A stretch of DNA of 64,000 bases from an uncultured Opitutaceae bacterium (GTDB taxonomy: Bacteria; Verrucomicrobiota; Verrucomicrobiia; Opitutales; Opitutaceae). Positions 61,734-64,000 of this stretch are shown piece after piece. Location of the stretch: contig CAYZGG010000006.1 of the NCBI GenBank assembly GCA_964477955.1, forward strand, positions 16,179-80,178, in the 5' to 3' direction. The notes below the pieces were generated by a model. The model saw only the letters and a program-made list of their open reading frames with translations. It was not told the DNA's origin and searched no databases. The translations under genes were made by a program, and so were the position numbers. Positions within the stretch are counted from its first letter, which is position 1; every line of letters starts with the position of its first letter.

Positions 61734-62759
61734 ATGTTCAACCAACTGCTGGGACTTTTTTCCAACGACATCGGCATCGATCTCGGCACGGCCAACACAC
61801 TCGTTTACGTCAAGGACAAGGGCATCGTCCTCCGCGAACCTTCCGTGGTCGCCGTCCATACCGGATCCCGCAAGGTCCTCGCTGTGGGCGACGAGGCGAA
61901 GAAGATGCTCGGCCGCACTCCCGGCAACATCACCGCCATCCGCCCGATGAAGGATGGCGTCATCGCCGACTTCGACATCACCGAGGCGATGCTGCGCTAC
62001 TTCATCAAGAAGGTGCACAACAATTCCAAGGTTGTCTCCCCACGCGTCGTCGTCGCCATCCCGAGCGGCATCACCGAGGTGGAAAAACGCGCGGTCAAGG
62101 AATCCGCCACCCACGCCGGCGCGCGCGAAGTCATCACGATTCTCGAACCCATGGCCGCGGCCCTCGGCGTCGGTCTGCCCGTCGCGGAACCGGCGGCCAA
62201 CATGATCGTCGACATCGGCGGCGGCACCACCGAGATCGCCATCATCTCCCTCTCGGGCATCGTGTTTTCCAAATCGATCCGCGTCGCGGGCGACGAGTTC
62301 GACACCTCGCTCATCAGTTACATGAAGCGGGCGTACAACCTTCTCATCGGCGAGCGCACAGCGGAAGAAATCAAGATGACGATCGGCTCCGCCTATCCGC
62401 TGGAAACGGAGCTCGCGATGGAGGTCAAGGGCCGCGACTCCGTGGCCGGCCTGCCCAAAACCATTCACATCACCTCCCAGGAAATCCGCGAGGCCATGGC
62501 CGACACCACCGCCGCGATCGTCGAGGCCGTGCGCGCCGCCCTCGAACGCTGCCCGCCCGAACTTTCCGCCGACCTCGTCGACCGGGGCTTCGTCATGGCC
62601 GGCGGCGGTTCGCTCATCCGCGGGATCGACAAGCTTCTCTCCGAAAAGACCGGCCTGCCCGTCACCGTCTCCGACGATCCCCTCTCCGCCGTGGCCAACG
62701 GCACCGGCGTGTTCCTCAACAACCTCGACGAGCTCTACCGCGTCGCCGCCGATTTTTGA
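61734..62759 (+). CDS. mreB: Rod shape-determining protein MreB
   Basis: [24 protein letters not shown] and AGGG motifs. Confidence 0.96.
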   Translation: MFNQLLGLFSNDIGIDLGTANTLVYVKDKGIVLREPSVVAVHTGSRKVLAVGDEAKKMLGRTPGNITAIRPMKDGVIADFDITEAMLRYFIKKVHNNSKVVSPRVVVAIPSGITEVEKRAVKESATHAGAREVITILEPMAAALGVGLPVAEPAANMIVDIGGGTTEIAIISLSGIVFSKSIRVAGDEFDTSLISYMKRAYNLLIGERTAEEIKMTIGSAYPLETELAMEVKGRDSVAGLPKTIHITSQEIREAMADTTAAIVEAVRAALERCPPELSADLVDRGFVMAGGGSLIRGIDKLLSEKTGLPVTVSDDPLSAVANGTGVFLNNLDELYRVAADF

Positions 62760-62903
62760 GCGAGGCCAAACGCGTGCGTGCCTCGCAACGCAGTGTCGGA
62801 ACTGATTTGCCCGCGGGCTTTCTGATCCCCAAGGTAGGGGCGCTTGCCCTCAAGCGCCTTCGGAACGGTTGGGCCACCCGCCCCGACCAGACCCTCCACC
62901 GCC

Positions 62904-63737
62904 GTGCTTCCCAAACGATTTGACCAGGCCCGCCCGTTCGTGACCCTCGGCCTCGCCCTGCTCGCCTGGCTCGTGGTCCCGACCGTGGTCAAGACCTTCG
63001 CGCGTTCGGCCTTTTTCGAAATCCAGGCGCCGCTCGGCGTGGCCGATTCGTTCGTCGCGGACCTCCAGAATTTCTGGACGTCGGAACTGCATTCCAAAAA
63101 GGAATTGATGGTGACCGGCCGCGAAACCGCCGGCCTCATCGCCCAATACAGTTACAGCGTACAGCAAAATGAGGAGCTCCGGGCGGAGGTCCTCCGTCTC
63201 GAAAACCTGCTGAAACTCCCGCCGATGCCGGCCTACCGGTTCGAGGCGGCCCGGGTCACGCGCAGCGATTTCTCGGGCTGGTGGCAGCACCTCATCATCC
63301 GCAAGGGCTCCAATTACGGCATCCCGGTGGGCGCGCCCGTGATTTTCTCCGGCGGCGTGGTCGGCCGGGTCATCGAGGTCCACACCTACACGTCCGTCAT
63401 CGATCTCGTCTCCAGTCCGACTTTCCGCGTGGCCGCCAGCGCCGAAGGGGACAACCGTCCCGTGAGCTACCAGGGCGGCGTCAACCCGCCCTTCTCCGCC
63501 CCGCGGGGCATCGTCGAGTTCGTTCCGCTCGACATTGCCTCCACCAAGAATCAACCGAAGCGGCTCGTCACCTCCGGCCTGGGCGGGGTTTTTCCCGGGG
63601 GCCTCACCATCGGCGACATCATCATGCTCGAGCCGTCCACCGACGGCCTCTTCAAAAACGGCGAAGTGCAACTGGACACCCGCCTTGGCGCCTTGAACGA
63701 GGTGACGGTGCTCGTCCCGCTCAACCCGGAGAAATAA
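62904..63737 (+). CDS. mreC: Rod shape-determining protein MreC
   Basis: TM, coiled coil ENEELR-like, GVVGRV and VTSGLGGVFPGGL; follows mreB. Confidence 0.92.
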   Translation: MLPKRFDQARPFVTLGLALLAWLVVPTVVKTFARSAFFEIQAPLGVADSFVADLQNFWTSELHSKKELMVTGRETAGLIAQYSYSVQQNEELRAEVLRLENLLKLPPMPAYRFEAARVTRSDFSGWWQHLIIRKGSNYGIPVGAPVIFSGGVVGRVIEVHTYTSVIDLVSSPTFRVAASAEGDNRPVSYQGGVNPPFSAPRGIVEFVPLDIASTKNQPKRLVTSGLGGVFPGGLTIGDIIMLEPSTDGLFKNGEVQLDTRLGALNEVTVLVPLNPEK

Positions 63738-63813
63738 AGACTCCCGGAGCAGGCTCCGGGGAATTTGTCCAAACCAACTCCAACTCTCCATGCACACCGT
63801 TTCTTCGCCTTTT

Positions 63814-63929
63814 TGTAGGAGCCTGCTTGCAGGTGATTCTTTGTGGCACGGGTCTCCCGACCCGTGTTCCGACCATCACGGGTCGGGAGACCCGTGCCAC
63901 GTCCGAATGAGTCGCCCGCAAGCAGGCTC
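63814..63929. repeat. Nested REP pairs
   Basis: GTAGGAGCCTGCTTGC...GCAAGCAGGCTCC encloses a perfect GTGGCACGGGTCTCCCGACCCGTG inverted pair. Confidence 0.85.
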
Positions 63930-63980
63930 CAGCAACTCAAACAAACCGAAGCAAACTCCGGGGTCTCATCTCACTCGTCA

Positions 63981-64000
63981 ATGAACCAACGCGACTACCG
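63981..64000 (+). CDS. Start of the next gene, possibly mreD (partial)
   Basis: ATG AAC CAA CGC GAC TAC; assignment rests only on position after mreC. Confidence 0.35.

Overview
High-GC bacterial chromosome segment, inferred to be Opitutaceae (Verrucomicrobiota) from the divergent purA, the extended rpoD, C-rich translation starts with no Shine-Dalgarno and the gene order. It is mostly core genes: lptF, rlmN, two paralogous GldA/GldF/GldG/DUF4340 ABC modules, metF, sucAB-lpdA, rpiB/xylB, purA, glmM, trpD, uppP, rpmF-plsX-fabH-bamD-lptE-rpe, pgpA/pgsA/coaD, a sigma-54 two-component system, rsmE, kdsA/pyrG, birA, an AsmA-like gene, dnaG-rpoD, tatA and mreBC(D). I saw no rRNA, tRNA, CRISPR array, integrase or transposase. 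Most notable: (1) about 1 kb inside lptF has strongly anomalous synonymous codon usage while its ends look native; (2) a four-helix-bundle gene bracketed by inverted heptamer repeats splits the two-component pair, and orphan heptamer/REP tracts sit in frame inside sucB and lpdA; (3) the last 14 codons of lpdA are duplicated with different synonymous codons; (4) plsX has no canonical start upstream of its conserved N-terminus but has an in-frame ATA; (5) about nine REP-like families and two repeated MITE-like elements occur; (6) there is a sigma-54 promoter with candidate enhancer sites. All counts were made by hand, and family assignments come from motif recognition, not searches.
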